This document shows, one piece after another, positions 26,541-38,284 of a stretch of 64,000 nucleotides of DNA (position 1 is the stretch's first letter; every line of letters begins with the position of its first letter). The stretch is from assembly GCF_003704095.1 (NCBI RefSeq), contig NW_020844818.1:310001-374000 (forward strand), given 5' to 3'. The position numbers and the translations under genes are program-made. A model generated the notes under the pieces. That model worked only from the letters and a program-made list of their open reading frames with translations. It was not told where the DNA came from and searched no databases. Source of the DNA: Pocillopora damicornis. Its lineage: Eukaryota.

Positions 26541-28801
26541 ATGCAAGTTGAGCGGGTTTTTTCATTTAAAGACGAATTCAATAGCGATAAAATAGAAGTG
26601 CGGATACCTGAGGTAAAGATCAGTGAAGTTCTTGTTTATATTTTTATTATATAGTTTATGCTTTTCCAACACAGCTGTAGTCAATGTCAGCCTAATTTAG
26701 ATGAAATTCCTTTCAACACATTTAGATTGTGGACCCTCAGTATGGAATGTTTACGTGGCCAGCAGCTCCAGTTCTTGCACAATATATTTGGTATAATAGA
26801 GATCAAGTAGAAGGAAAACACGTTGTGGAGGTAAATTTAACTACCAAATTCACTGAACTAACATCATAAGAATTGTACGGCGGACAGGGTAAGGGAGAAT
26901 TACTAACAAGATCTCAGAGGTGAAAGGGTTACATAGTCATAGTCATAAAAAATTTTTGATAAGATAATTTGTTGATGTTGGCAAGAGTGACACAATAGTG
27001 AGTTATAATGAAGTTTTATGTCAATTTTCAGTGCAACTTCAGAAATTCAAGTATGGTCCTGAAGATCAGTATTGAATTTCTGAACACAAACAAAGCTCAC
27101 AGGACATTACTAGAATGAGAATTTTGATAATACTCCAGACTGGATGTGAAAGTGAAATAATGGAAGATTACTGTCCCTTTATTAAAACTTAAGCTATGCA
27201 AAGACCTCAAAATAAGTATGACATAACCCTTCAACTCCCAGAAGTGACTCAGACAGAATTTCTCCTTACAATATTGGAAAAAGGGTGAAAGGTTTTAAAT
27301 AAAAAAATATTAATTCAGATATTATCAGTTGATCTTACGATACCAAATTTTCCAAACTAACATCATCAGAATTCTGACCAACGGTAAAGAGAATTAATGA
27401 GTATATAGGCATAAGAGGGTTAAATTAGTCCAGACACATGTAAAATGTAGGACATGCGCGATTTCTGTGGAGCGTATTTAAGGCAAGCAGAGCTACATGC
27501 TACTTGCCCAGTAGGCATGTCCTTTATGAGAAAATCATACTCTTCTGAAAAATGACTGTTTTGTAAGCTGGACAAGTCTGCATCCACTGTTAGTGATTAC
27601 CTTTTCTTTACTTGATCAACAGATTGGTGCAGGAACAGCCTTACCTGGTTTGGTTGCCTCATTGTGTGGTGCAAATGTTACTCTGACAGACAAGGAAGAG
27701 TATCCTCAATGCTTAGAAAACTGTAGACAGAGCTGCCATGCTAATGGTCAGACGGCAATACAAGTTGTTGGCATTACCTGGGGACAGTTTACACCAAACC
27801 TTTTAAAACTTCCCAAGGCTGCTATAATTCTTGGTTCAGACTGTTTCTATGACACAAAAGGTAACTTGGCACCATTACTTTCCCCACCACTGAATCAAAA
27901 CTCTGAGTTGCTCTCTGACTACAGTTATGTAATCTTTGTTTTCTGTAATTTTGTGATACAGATTTTGATGACATTTTGGCAACTGTCTCCTTTCTAATGG
28001 TGAAAAATTATCAGGCCAAGTTTTGGTCAACATATCAAGAGAGAAGGTGAATTCTTTCATACAGTATTCTATTTACAACATTATTTAACCCTTTCACTCC
28101 CTGATCTCATAAGTAATTCTCCTTACTGTCTGCCATACAGTTCTCATGAATGTTAGTTCAGAGAATGCAGTATTGAATCAACTAACAATTGGCCAACTGA
28201 TATTTCTCTTTATTCTCATCACTTGTCTTCTTGACCCTTTAACTTCCAAGATCCCATTAGTAATTCTCCTTACTGTCTGCCATATAATTCTTTTGGTGTT
28301 AGATTTGAGAATTTGTTATTGGATCAACTAACAATTCCCTATTTAATATATTTTTTTATTCTCATCATTCGTCTGCTTGATATAGTAGTGATATTGTAAA
28401 GAGAACTTCTGTCTTGGTCACTCTTGGGAGTTAAAAGGGTTAAAATTACTGTGAAACTCAGAATACCATGAACTAAGAAATATTTCTGGAATGTTATTGT
28501 CTTTCCACCAAAAAAAGCCAATCAGGAAACTACTTCAATGTTTCTCTGCTAAAACATGTCTTAATTAAATACCATTTTTTCACATTTTTGGACATCAGAT
28601 TAATGTCACCTTTTTATTTTAAAAATTTATACTTTAATTTGTTGCAGTTCCAGTCATTCCATTGAAGATTTGTTGAAAAAATGGGGACTAAAAGGTATCC
28701 AAATACCACTGGAGGGATTTAATGCAAATGATGGGAACATTGGTGGATCCAATCTGTCTGATTTACACACCATTCAGATGTTGGAGATAACACGTCAATA
28801 A
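26541..28801 (+). CDS. METTL23: Methyltransferase-like protein 23
   Basis: Exons 26541-26612, 26726-26830, 27623-27860, 27962-28046, 28648-28801. Motifs DPQYGMFTWPAAPVLAQY, VVEIGAGTALPG, IILGSDCFYD, TYQERS. Confidence 0.92.
27224..27423. mobile_element. TTAA-flanked piggyBac-like MITE, third subfamily
   Basis: taacccttcaactccc...agagggTTAA. Confidence 0.7.
28085..28443. mobile_element. Two stacked piggyBac-like MITE copies
   Basis: TTAAccctttc start, a second ttgaccctttaac start near 28230, duplicated gtaattctccttactgtctgccata core, ends aagggTTAA. Confidence 0.75.
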
Positions 28802-29164
28802 ACCTTGGACTACTCTGTCTTTGAACCTGTAGTTGTCTCTCATATCAACCTCCAGAGGGCAAAAAATATTGGAGCCACAGGATTTTACAATTGCAAATAG
28901 GTGCTGCCATTCCCGTTAGCTATCAATAACAATTTTTTTGGTTTACAGACATGAACCATACTATCATATCTACTGTTTGCTTTGAATGCATCTTTGAAAT
29001 GGCACAGATCAGGAACTAGTACTCAATCTTTCTGAACACTTGTTCAAAGGTGTTGAACAATAAATAAAACTTTCAATCTGTCAGGCTTTTTCTCAACAGT
29101 ATTTTGGTGGGAAAAGGACCCATTGGTGAAAAAGAGTGACCTCTTGGTTACCAAAAGTAGGGAT

Positions 29165-31657
29165 TCAAGTTGGACAAGTTCTTTCTGAATCAACCTTGGA
29201 AATAGGTTTCTTATAAACTCTTATGTGCACTGCTGAGTTGGTTCGTACTTTAGAATATCCTTCCTGGTCCTGGAAATCAACAACAAAATGTTAAAAAAAA
29301 TGACTACTATCAATGTGTATTTGAAAAAGACATGTTTCAACATTACTGTACTGCAATCTGTAACATTTGTGGGTGAAGTTTACCAGATTTGAATTTATGA
29401 CAATGGCACTCAGCAAAAACTCCGTAAGTCTTTGAAGAGAAAGAAAAAGTAACAGAGGAAAACAATTTCCAGTGGTGACAAAAGTGGCATGATGGAGGAA
29501 TTTTCACGATGACTTATGACCTCATTGGGATTTTGATGTTGCCATGTTATACAAATGAGAAAAATCAGATAGGATACTTTTTACTTGATCACAATCGATT
29601 TTGAGTACTCAGGAATGATAAATCTTATTTTTCATATACTTACATCATCTTCAGGCTCAAAGTCATCCACTAGTTTGACACTGGACGTTGTTGTTGATAA
29701 CTGAAAAAGAAAAAATTGCTATGTGTAAGTTAACTGTCATGCACTTGAATGAATGTCTATAACCCTTGATAACTATGAGACAAGCCTACCCTCCTTGGGA
29801 GGAAAGAAGACCTTACTTAAGAAAAAAGCAGAAATCATACCAATTGAATATGCTCTCTTTGTTCCATGTGTATGAATCTAACTTTACTCCCCCCTCCCCC
29901 CCTCTTACACCCTGGGTTGCTAGCCATGCAGGCTAGATCCTTTTTTCAAGTCTTAAACACAGGTCCTGCATCACCAGTCAAATGTCAATGGTCACTGTCA
30001 CCTATTACATTGTTGTAACACAGAAGACTTAAAGGCAACTGCTTCTGCAATTCTCTCTTGACAGGTAATGGTGAGCCATGACCCTTGACCCCTCACCTGT
30101 GCCTCATGACCTGCAATCCATCATCTGTGACCTGTAACCTGTGTTTTATTCTTGCCCTTTCATAGGTGTCATTCCCCCTGTGTTAAAAAATGTTCCCTTT
30201 CTAGGAGGCTACCTATCAACAATTTGAAGAAACTGTTCTTACAAGTCACCTCAACAGTTCCTTGTCCTCTTTGTTCAAGCTGCAGAGCTAGATTTATTGC
30301 ACGATTGATAGCAGAACCCAAGCCATGAATAGTCACCTCTTGCTCACTAAATAACAAAACAAAACAGAACTGAAATAGAGAGGTTTGTTTGAAAATTTTA
30401 GACAAGTAGTTGTATGGCTTTGTGTATATCAGGGCTTGAAATCATTTCTGGAGAGTCTCCAGACATAGTGACCAGCCAAATTTATTTAGCTTGGTCACAT
30501 ATCGTTTCTGGTCAGTCAAATTTAAAACACAAGTTACTCTTAAAACAGGGACCCATGCACCAAAACTGGCATTATATATTTTAAAAAATAGTTGTTGCTT
30601 AGAGCATATAGCACTGTAAAGCACTTATTGTTAACAAAAAAAATTACAGCAGTGAAATGAAAATAAGCTTAGGTGTATCAATAATTACACTTTCTGTAAG
30701 ACTAACCCAAAACACCTTAAATATCTTTATTGTACACATTAAATTTGTCTGGTGCCTCCAAATTGAATGATTTCTGGTGTATGTATCCTGGTGTGAGATC
30801 TTGATCCTAAAACTCTGCCAGTAATCCATGTATAACCTTTTATGTTTATGTTACACATGCAGCAGATAAACATACAGATAAACTTGCAAGTAGAAGAATG
30901 TTTATTGGGTTTATAATGTGTAGTTCCATTGCATTATACTTTAATCATATTTAATGTGGGTAGAATTAATTTGCATGCAAGGAGAAATGTAAAACTTGAA
31001 ACATGTTTAATTTTTTGACCGGAGTGGTTCTGGAGAAATGGAAATCCAGCGAATAAAAAGCACGAAAGAGATGCATATGTCGCGCAATCTTTGAAATTCA
31101 AATAGAAAAGAACAGTTAGAATCTGAAATTTCAACGCAAAGGGAACCTTGCAAACTTGCAGTAACGTAAAAATCTTCACGAAGCAAGAATAACTCAGAGT
31201 TTTAAAAACGGCAATACAAAAAACTAGAGGCATTTCTATATCTTAGATTTAAGTTTTTTACAGCTGATATTTATGTTAATAATTTAATTAAGTAAACTTT
31301 TCTTTTTTTCCTAAATTCCTTGGAGGCCTCTGACACAGCCTGATTTTAAATTATTATCAAATTTTTATACTTGTGAAAACAAAATTGAATCAAAGTATTC
31401 GAAAAGTGGTCTAATCAAGCCTATTTACAGCAAACCTTGAATCAAGGATCTTTTGACATCGCTCTAGTTGTCCAGCAAAGTCGGTTTTCCTGTTTACGTA
31501 TATGTCATTTCGACGTTTTTGCTCTTTTTGAGGAGGTCTCCTTCTAACCAGATCTGAGGAAGTTACAATAAGAAAGAGAAATTATGCATCCACTTCAATC
31601 AAAATCAAATAAAACCTTGAAAAGTTACTACCACGTACTTGCACCCTTTTCCGCCAT
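29165..31657 (-). CDS. POP7: RNase P/MRP subunit p20
   Basis: Exons 31657-31639, 31553-31436, 30346-30250, 29700-29644, 29269-29165. Motifs NDIYVNRKTDF, IHGLGSAINRAINLALQL, TSSVKLVDD, RTNSAVHIRV. Confidence 0.92.
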
Positions 31658-31947
31658 TTTGATTCATGTAGCATCCGCTGCACGATTGAAAAGCAGGCGC
31701 ACGTACCAAATCCGATCTCTTGGAATCCATCTTGACTTGGCTTGAAAGGTAGTGAAATGAGGGAAAGAAATCCTGTTATATCTTAGACATCATACCAATA
31801 TTTCTTAAATAAATCATATCTTACCGTGCATTTTCTCATTACATCTTTCATAATTGAAAAATTTTGGTTTTTATTCTCGGTTAAATTGGTAACGTGAACT
31901 TTTATCTTGTTGTGTTGTAGGCATCTTTCTGTCACGTCCATTTCACA
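31658..31947. promoter_or_regulatory. Putative bidirectional promoter and 5' UTRs of POP7 and RPL38
   Basis: Divergent ATGs 290 bp apart; CpG-retaining; pyrimidine tract tctctt near 31716 before a GT donor. Confidence 0.6.
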
Positions 31948-33613
31948 ATGGTAAGTTCCAAAATTCTACTCAAGCTTTAACTCTTAAGTTAAGTTATCAA
32001 GCATACTCCATGTATGAAGCCCGAACCGGTAGCTTTGGCAGCTTAGTAACGTCTCGGTGATCCCTTTTTTTTTTCTTATTTCTTTTTGCAGCCTAAACAG
32101 ATCCATGAAATTAAGGATTTTCTCCTTACGGCACGGAGAAAGGACGCCAAATGTGAGTAATCAACCGTTCCTTTCAATATTTCTTTGCACCATAATGTAT
32201 TCGAATCATCCTTCGTCGTAGGAATGTAAGTGCTTGTGCAAATATGATTTGTATTTGTACTGAAAACTGCACTCGAAATCATTAGAGATCGATTGGCGTT
32301 CTCTTTGCCAATTAGCATGCAGAAATTTTCCATGTATACTATTAAAAGAGAAATGCATATTGAGCAAGATATAACCATCATATAGGACAAATGAATAAAG
32401 GGGGTAAGTTTCTTACGAAACTGTGGGGCAGCGTCAGTGGGAGAGTATAACGAGGTCTCTTAAAAGAGGTTATTGTTTTTATGAGTTAGTTTGATATTAT
32501 CAACCGAGTTGATTATGTAAATTGGCCATTGTATAGAGTTTCAAAACTGACATTTCAAGCGTTAGCCCTCTGTCAGAGCAAAACGAAGGGCTAATGCTTG
32601 AAACATTGGCTTTGAAACTCTTTACAGTAGTCAATTTATGTTATCAACTCAACTGACTAAATCAAATTACTTCATCATATGGACAGACTAATACCTGAAG
32701 ATCAGAGGAAAATCATATCTTTTTAAAAATTTTCCCTTACATATTACAGTTACTGCATGCAAAATTGGAAGATTTTTATATTTTCAGTTTATATGATAAC
32801 ATGTAAGTATGTATGTTTTTAATATTGTGGTCTTTTGCAATGTTGAAATATTCTTACATTTTCCTAAAATATTTCAAAATGAATTTCAAAGGATTTTGTT
32901 AAATGCTTAATTAAATTGCAACCTTGGTTTTTCAATGCTGTCTGTGCAAGTCTGAAACTGCCTTCCCAAACCTTGTTTATATACAAAGTAACCTCCTCTT
33001 AACAAAGATGTAATGCCATTTTTTCGAGAAGATAAATTGTAATGCTATCACTTTTTACAGCTGTAAAGATAAAGAAGATTAAGGATACAGTTAAGTTTAA
33101 GGTGCGATGCAGCCGCTATCTCTACACCCTTGTTATCCAGGACAAAGAGAAGGCTGATAAACTGAAGCAGTCACTTCCTCCAGGTAGGTCTTCCCTGTTC
33201 ATGTGTGTCATTTCAGGAGGTCTCCTTCTAACCAAATCTTGCTTTTTACAACATAATCTTTTACTGCACTTATGAACCCTGTAACTCGCAGATCAGATTT
33301 GTAATTCTCCTTACTGTCTACCATACAATTCTTATTATGTTAGTACAGAGAATTTAGTATTCAATCTACTAATTATCCCCAAATTGATACTTTTCTCTAT
33401 TCTTATCACTTATTTGGTTTATATTGTATTGATATTACAAGGAGAAATTCTATCTGAGTCACTCGTGGGATTTAAAAGGTTAATTATCAGTAAGCCATCT
33501 TTTCTCTGCTTTCTGGGCAAGTGGGCCCTGTATGTTTTGTTTGGTTGATTTTCTTCTATAATTGACCATGTCTCTTTTTAATTACAGGTTTGGCTGTCAA
33601 GGAGTTGAAGTAG
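31948..33613 (+). CDS. RPL38: 60S ribosomal protein L38 (eL38)
   Basis: ATG 31948-31950 directly followed by an intron, then exons 32092-32152, 33061-33183, 33588-33613: [22 protein letters not shown]...[14 protein letters not shown]...[15 protein letters not shown]. Probable 5' UTR intron 31749-31920. Confidence 0.97.
32506..32650. repeat. About 64-bp inverted repeat resembling a Penelope-like element terminus
   Basis: gagttgattatgtaaattggcc...gcgttagccct pairs with agggctaatgc...ttatcaactc. Confidence 0.6.
33273..33483. mobile_element. piggyBac-like MITE in RPL38 intron
   Basis: gtaattctccttactgtctaccatacaattctt core, ends aaaggTTAA. Confidence 0.7.
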
Positions 33614-36562
33614 AAATTTTGTTACATCATGAAGTGAAATAAAATGTAAATAAACAGCTTGTTTGTGTTTGATGTTATAAATGTGACCCTTCACCTTGGT
33701 TAGGTTTTCAAAACAAAACCCCACTCAGGCTACAGTTTTGAACAATCAGAGCACCTCTCAGGAGATTTTATTCTTAAGTAAGTTTATTTGTAGTTATTAA
33801 ATGTTTTCCAGTGTTAGGTGAGACATTTGGTTAATTAAAGACGGTGTTGGAGAGCAGCTTTGCAGGTCAATTGCTTAAACTTTAAATTCTGCTTAATAAC
33901 TCTCTACATGTGATACCAGCAAAACATTCCTGAACAGGTGATCAAAGCACTTGAAAATTAGCAGCAAAAAAACTGTAACAGCTAATCAGTACTTGTGATA
34001 GGGAAAAGAATCCATTTTGAAAAGTAGCTGATGATAGTAAATTGGGATTTAGATACAGTGGAAAAGTAGGGATGGAAATTTGATTGAGAGTGCTTTCAGC
34101 TTATATCGGTGATAGGTGGAGAGGTTACCGGTGATTTACCACAGTTTTTATGGCAATACAAAGCCCCCTACAGCTGTCTGTTTTGAGTTAAATTTTTTAG
34201 ATTGTTCTGCCATACCAGTCAGTTAATTTTACAGGCTCCCACCCCATCACCATCAGCAACTACCTGTGCAAATTATTATTGAAACCCCTGTAATTGGCTG
34301 CAAAATGGTACAAAGGAAAGCAGCCTTTGAAATGAAGTGACTGCTTAAGAGACTCCTTTCTTCATTCCAGGAAAGATTTGAGTCAAGTCAGTGTTAGACA
34401 CCTTGCAGACCTCTTGCTGACTCATGTTATTCAAGGCTCATACTTTCCCACATCATGAAATAAATACTTGTGCCCAAGCACTGGTAATGAGGGCCAACTT
34501 GCAGTTTTAACCCTTCAACTCCCTAAGGTGACTGACTTGCAACTTCTCACCATATTATCCTTACATTATCCAGCAAACAAGTAATGAGAATACTCAAACT
34601 TGCCAGGTAGTTGTTATTGTGATCTCACACCAAATTCACCTGACTAGTTTAACAGGAAATGTGTTGCAGCTAGAAAGGAGAATTGACAATCAGATCTTGA
34701 GTGTTAAGACAATTGTAAATTATGTGTTTAAGATAGGTTAACAGGATGTTTGGCCTTATCCATATGTTAAAAACCAACTGCAGATTTAATAGCAGAAAAT
34801 AAGTTTCTTTGAGAGCAGGAAAAAGCACACATTTGGACACAGGTATGGGAGATTGGTGACAGCTTTATTTTAAACTCATCTCAAGATTTCTGGTTTACCA
34901 CCAGTTCTAATAGTTTTACCATATTTGCTTTTACTAGCCTGTGTTTCATTTCATTTCATTGAAAGTATAACCAGGTATACAATGCAACACAACTTTCTAT
35001 TAAAAATACAATTTAATTGAAATCTGCAGTTAAAAGCGTCCCTATAAATAAAGAAAAAATATACACAGAGATAACTTGGACAAGCCGATATACCTAATTG
35101 CCTACCAATTTTCAATATCCTCTTGGTTGGCTTAAATGTGGCTAGAAAGGAAAACTGACTTTTTTCCATTAATGGGTGACATTAACTGCATGGGTGACAT
35201 TAATGCAATTTCACTTTATCAGAAAACTTTCAATTCTTAGGTAGAAGAATTAAACTGACAACAACCCTTCCCTGCAAGGTTATATCACATTGCAGATGCA
35301 CTTCAACTGAAGTTTGAACTGAAGTGTTGTAAAAGTAAGAAAATGTTTTGCATGTGACACAATAATGTTACAAATCAACCTATCTCATTAAAATTAGTAA
35401 CACTATGTACAAAGTTACAATACCTAGATTCAAAAGCCCATGCATAAGATAAATACTTTTCAATGTAAATAATAGCTTCCCTTCATAGGATCACATGCAT
35501 GTACAACACTATGAAACTTGTATAAAGGGAACCTCAAATTAAGGAAACACCCTGTATATAATGGTAATTAAACTGAGTGGAGGGCAAATTCAATATCAAA
35601 CGAGCAAGCAGCACAAGTTTGATTTGAAATCACAAGTACGATTTCAGACCAAACTTGCACAACACAAAGTTCAATTACTTCTTTATTACATCCAATTTGA
35701 AATAGGAAAATTCAGTGGCTAAAATATAGAACTTTTTACTCCTTACAAATGCTACTGATCCAGTACTGAATTGGTTTGTAAAATGTTGTTAAAGTTGTAT
35801 TTCATTTTCCTGCAATTTGAGTGGTACCTTGAAAAAGCATTGAAATGTGTTTGGTTCTTGAGTTCTCTCATTGGCTGAGGAAAAGATGTCATTAAGAGCA
35901 AAAAATGGTGCTATTTGTGAATAAATCTGATGAGAGCCAATCAGATTGCAAGGAATTGCAATGATTTCAAGATGGATGTAATAAAAAGGACACACTAGCC
36001 ATTTTGTCTAAACAAGGCTACATCCAGCAAACACATTGAGCTGTTGATAAGTATGGTTGATGCCAAACCAAACTGAAACATTCTCACTCTTACTATTACT
36101 CAGTTTAGTGTAACAAGGTTTCCATGGTTGATTCCTTAATAGGAGTTTCCCTGAAAATCTAAAATTAGAACTATGTATGCTGACCTCTCAAGACAGTACC
36201 AGCTGTGAAAACTTTACATTCATAGTTGAGTTCAATGTACATGTATATGTTCTTGAACTAGTAATAGTGAAACTTTTGTTTCATTTCCTATCACTAAACA
36301 GAGCATGAGGTTCATTTACTTGTTGCTGCTGTGTTACTTTCCAGCTGTTAAGAAAAAGTAAGTCAACAGTGAATTTGGCAAAATTAAATAAATAATACTC
36401 TAAAAATAAAATTGAAGAATGTTTTTTGCATGTTCAGACATACTGGATGACTATCTGTGTTGCCCTATAAGGTTCAACTTTAGTTTGGAAAATTCATCAG
36501 AAACAACACCAACATTTTCCTGAGATGGCCTTATACTTCAGCACCACTGAAAAGTTTTCACA

Positions 36563-36897
36563 CTTTAACTCCCAGAGGTGATTAACATGTAACTTCTCCC
36601 TATAATATCCATACACTATCCAGCAAACAGGTAATGAGAATACTCAAACTTATCAGCACTACTCAAGAGTTTTATAAGTAAACCCTTTAACTCCCAGAGG
36701 TCATAAACGTGTACCAGTAACTTCTCCCTATAATTTCCATAAATTATCCAGCAAACAGGTACTGAGAATACTCAAGCTTAGCAGGTAGATATTGTCATCT
36801 TGATCTTACATCAAATTCATATAAATAATTTACAAAGAAAATTGCGGCAGCTAGAGGGAAGAATCAACAATCAGATTCTAGGAGTTAAAGGATTAAG
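36563..36897. mobile_element. Partial plus full piggyBac-like MITE in tandem
   Basis: Duplicated ctttaactcccagagg...tatccagcaaacagg; ends aaaggaTTAA. Related copies at about 34507-34707 and 53897-54104. Confidence 0.7.
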
Positions 36898-37102
36898 AAA
36901 GCCTGTCTTATCTAAATTGTTAAAGTAAATTTATTTTTAAAAAAAAATTACTTTTAAAGGCAAAAGTGCAGAATAACAACAGATAGACATATACAGTTAC
37001 CCTTAATTTCTTTAAATCTATGGCCTCTTTTACTCCAATATTGTGTATTGTTGAGCAATTTGTTGGCATTTTTCTCACCCAAAATGTAATATTTTTTCTT
37101 CA

Positions 37103-38071
37103 TTACCTAAGCAAGAGTGGACAAACTTTGAATATAAAAAGTTCAGAGGCAATTGTGAAAACTATACAAAATATATAAAGAAAAAATGAAGGTCCAACGT
37201 GTGTTCCTTGTGGTAACTTGTATGGTTTTCCACCAATCTCTGGCATTTGAAATCCCATTGGGAATGTGAGGGCTGCCAGACAGAACACTATCACTACAAA
37301 ATGAAAAGGAACATGTTAATGAAGAAATTTCTAACATTAAGCATCTAATTTCTCCCAACAGTATCACCCTTGAATCAAACATTAAGTTCATGAGAATAGA
37401 GGAAATGATGGCAAGCTCAAGAAGCTCCTGATTGTTAAACAAATTCTCCTTATAAGAGACACAGGAAATGTATAGAGAACAGTATGGAGAACTTACATAC
37501 TGATGTTAGAGTGTAAAGGGTAAATACACATCATGACAGTCTGTAATACTTCTACTGCACAAGTGGCAAATAAACTATAACAGACTGGTACCTTTTACTA
37601 TGAATGATGTGTAGCAGTAGGGTAAATTAACAAGAGCAAATGGAGAAGTTTGTGATAATCATTTGAAGGAAATACGTTCACAGGGGTAAAAAGATCAACC
37701 AATTAAAAAAAAAAAACTCTTCCAGTCATTTGAACCTTGGCATACATATAAGAAAAATGAAACTTAACTTGTCAAATCAAAGATTATTCTTCAACTTCTG
37801 GCATGTACCAACAATGTTCAGAAATTCATGTTGCAATCTTCAAATCTTTAATACTTACTTCCAAGAAAAACAATCCACTTGGCTGCATCCACAATGGAAG
37901 GTTTCCAGGGAGACACCAGTAGCAAAAAGCAAGTGAGTGTCAGAGCTACCACACCCAAAATCATAAACAATAGAGTAGCCAGCCACTCTTGGGGTAAATC
38001 AGGGGTAACACACACCTCTGGTTGCCCCTCTGATTTCTGACACATGACAGTCAACCCCAGTCTAACAGAAC
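37103..38071 (-). CDS. MOSMO: Modulator of smoothened (C16orf52-like), last two coding exons; first exon not visible
   Basis: Exons 38071-37859 and 37293-37103, phase-compatible. Motifs PDLPQEWLATLLFMILG, FCLAALTFPMGF, GGKPYKLP, KVCP. Confidence 0.88.
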
Positions 38072-38108
38072 CTTATTGGAACAAAAGAGAAGATTGAAGA
38101 GTTAGAAC

Positions 38109-38208
38109 NNNNNNNNNNNNNNNNNNNNNNNNNNNNNNNNNNNNNNNNNNNNNNNNNNNNNNNNNNNNNNNNNNNNNNNNNNNNNNNNNNNNNNNNNNNN
38201 NNNNNNNN
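38109..38208. other. Assembly gap (100 N)
   Basis: Run of N; a second gap lies at 55964-56063. Confidence 1.
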
Positions 38209-38284
38209 ACAAGGAAACGCTATTTGTTTGAGGAGTAACAAAACTTTCGTTTTTCGTCCTTGTAGTGTAGAGAAATTAGCGTAA

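Noticed and set aside
32235-32275. Possible C/D snoRNA in RPL38 intron (atgat...ctga within gtgca/tgcac)
   Set aside because: Too short and box C is imperfect.
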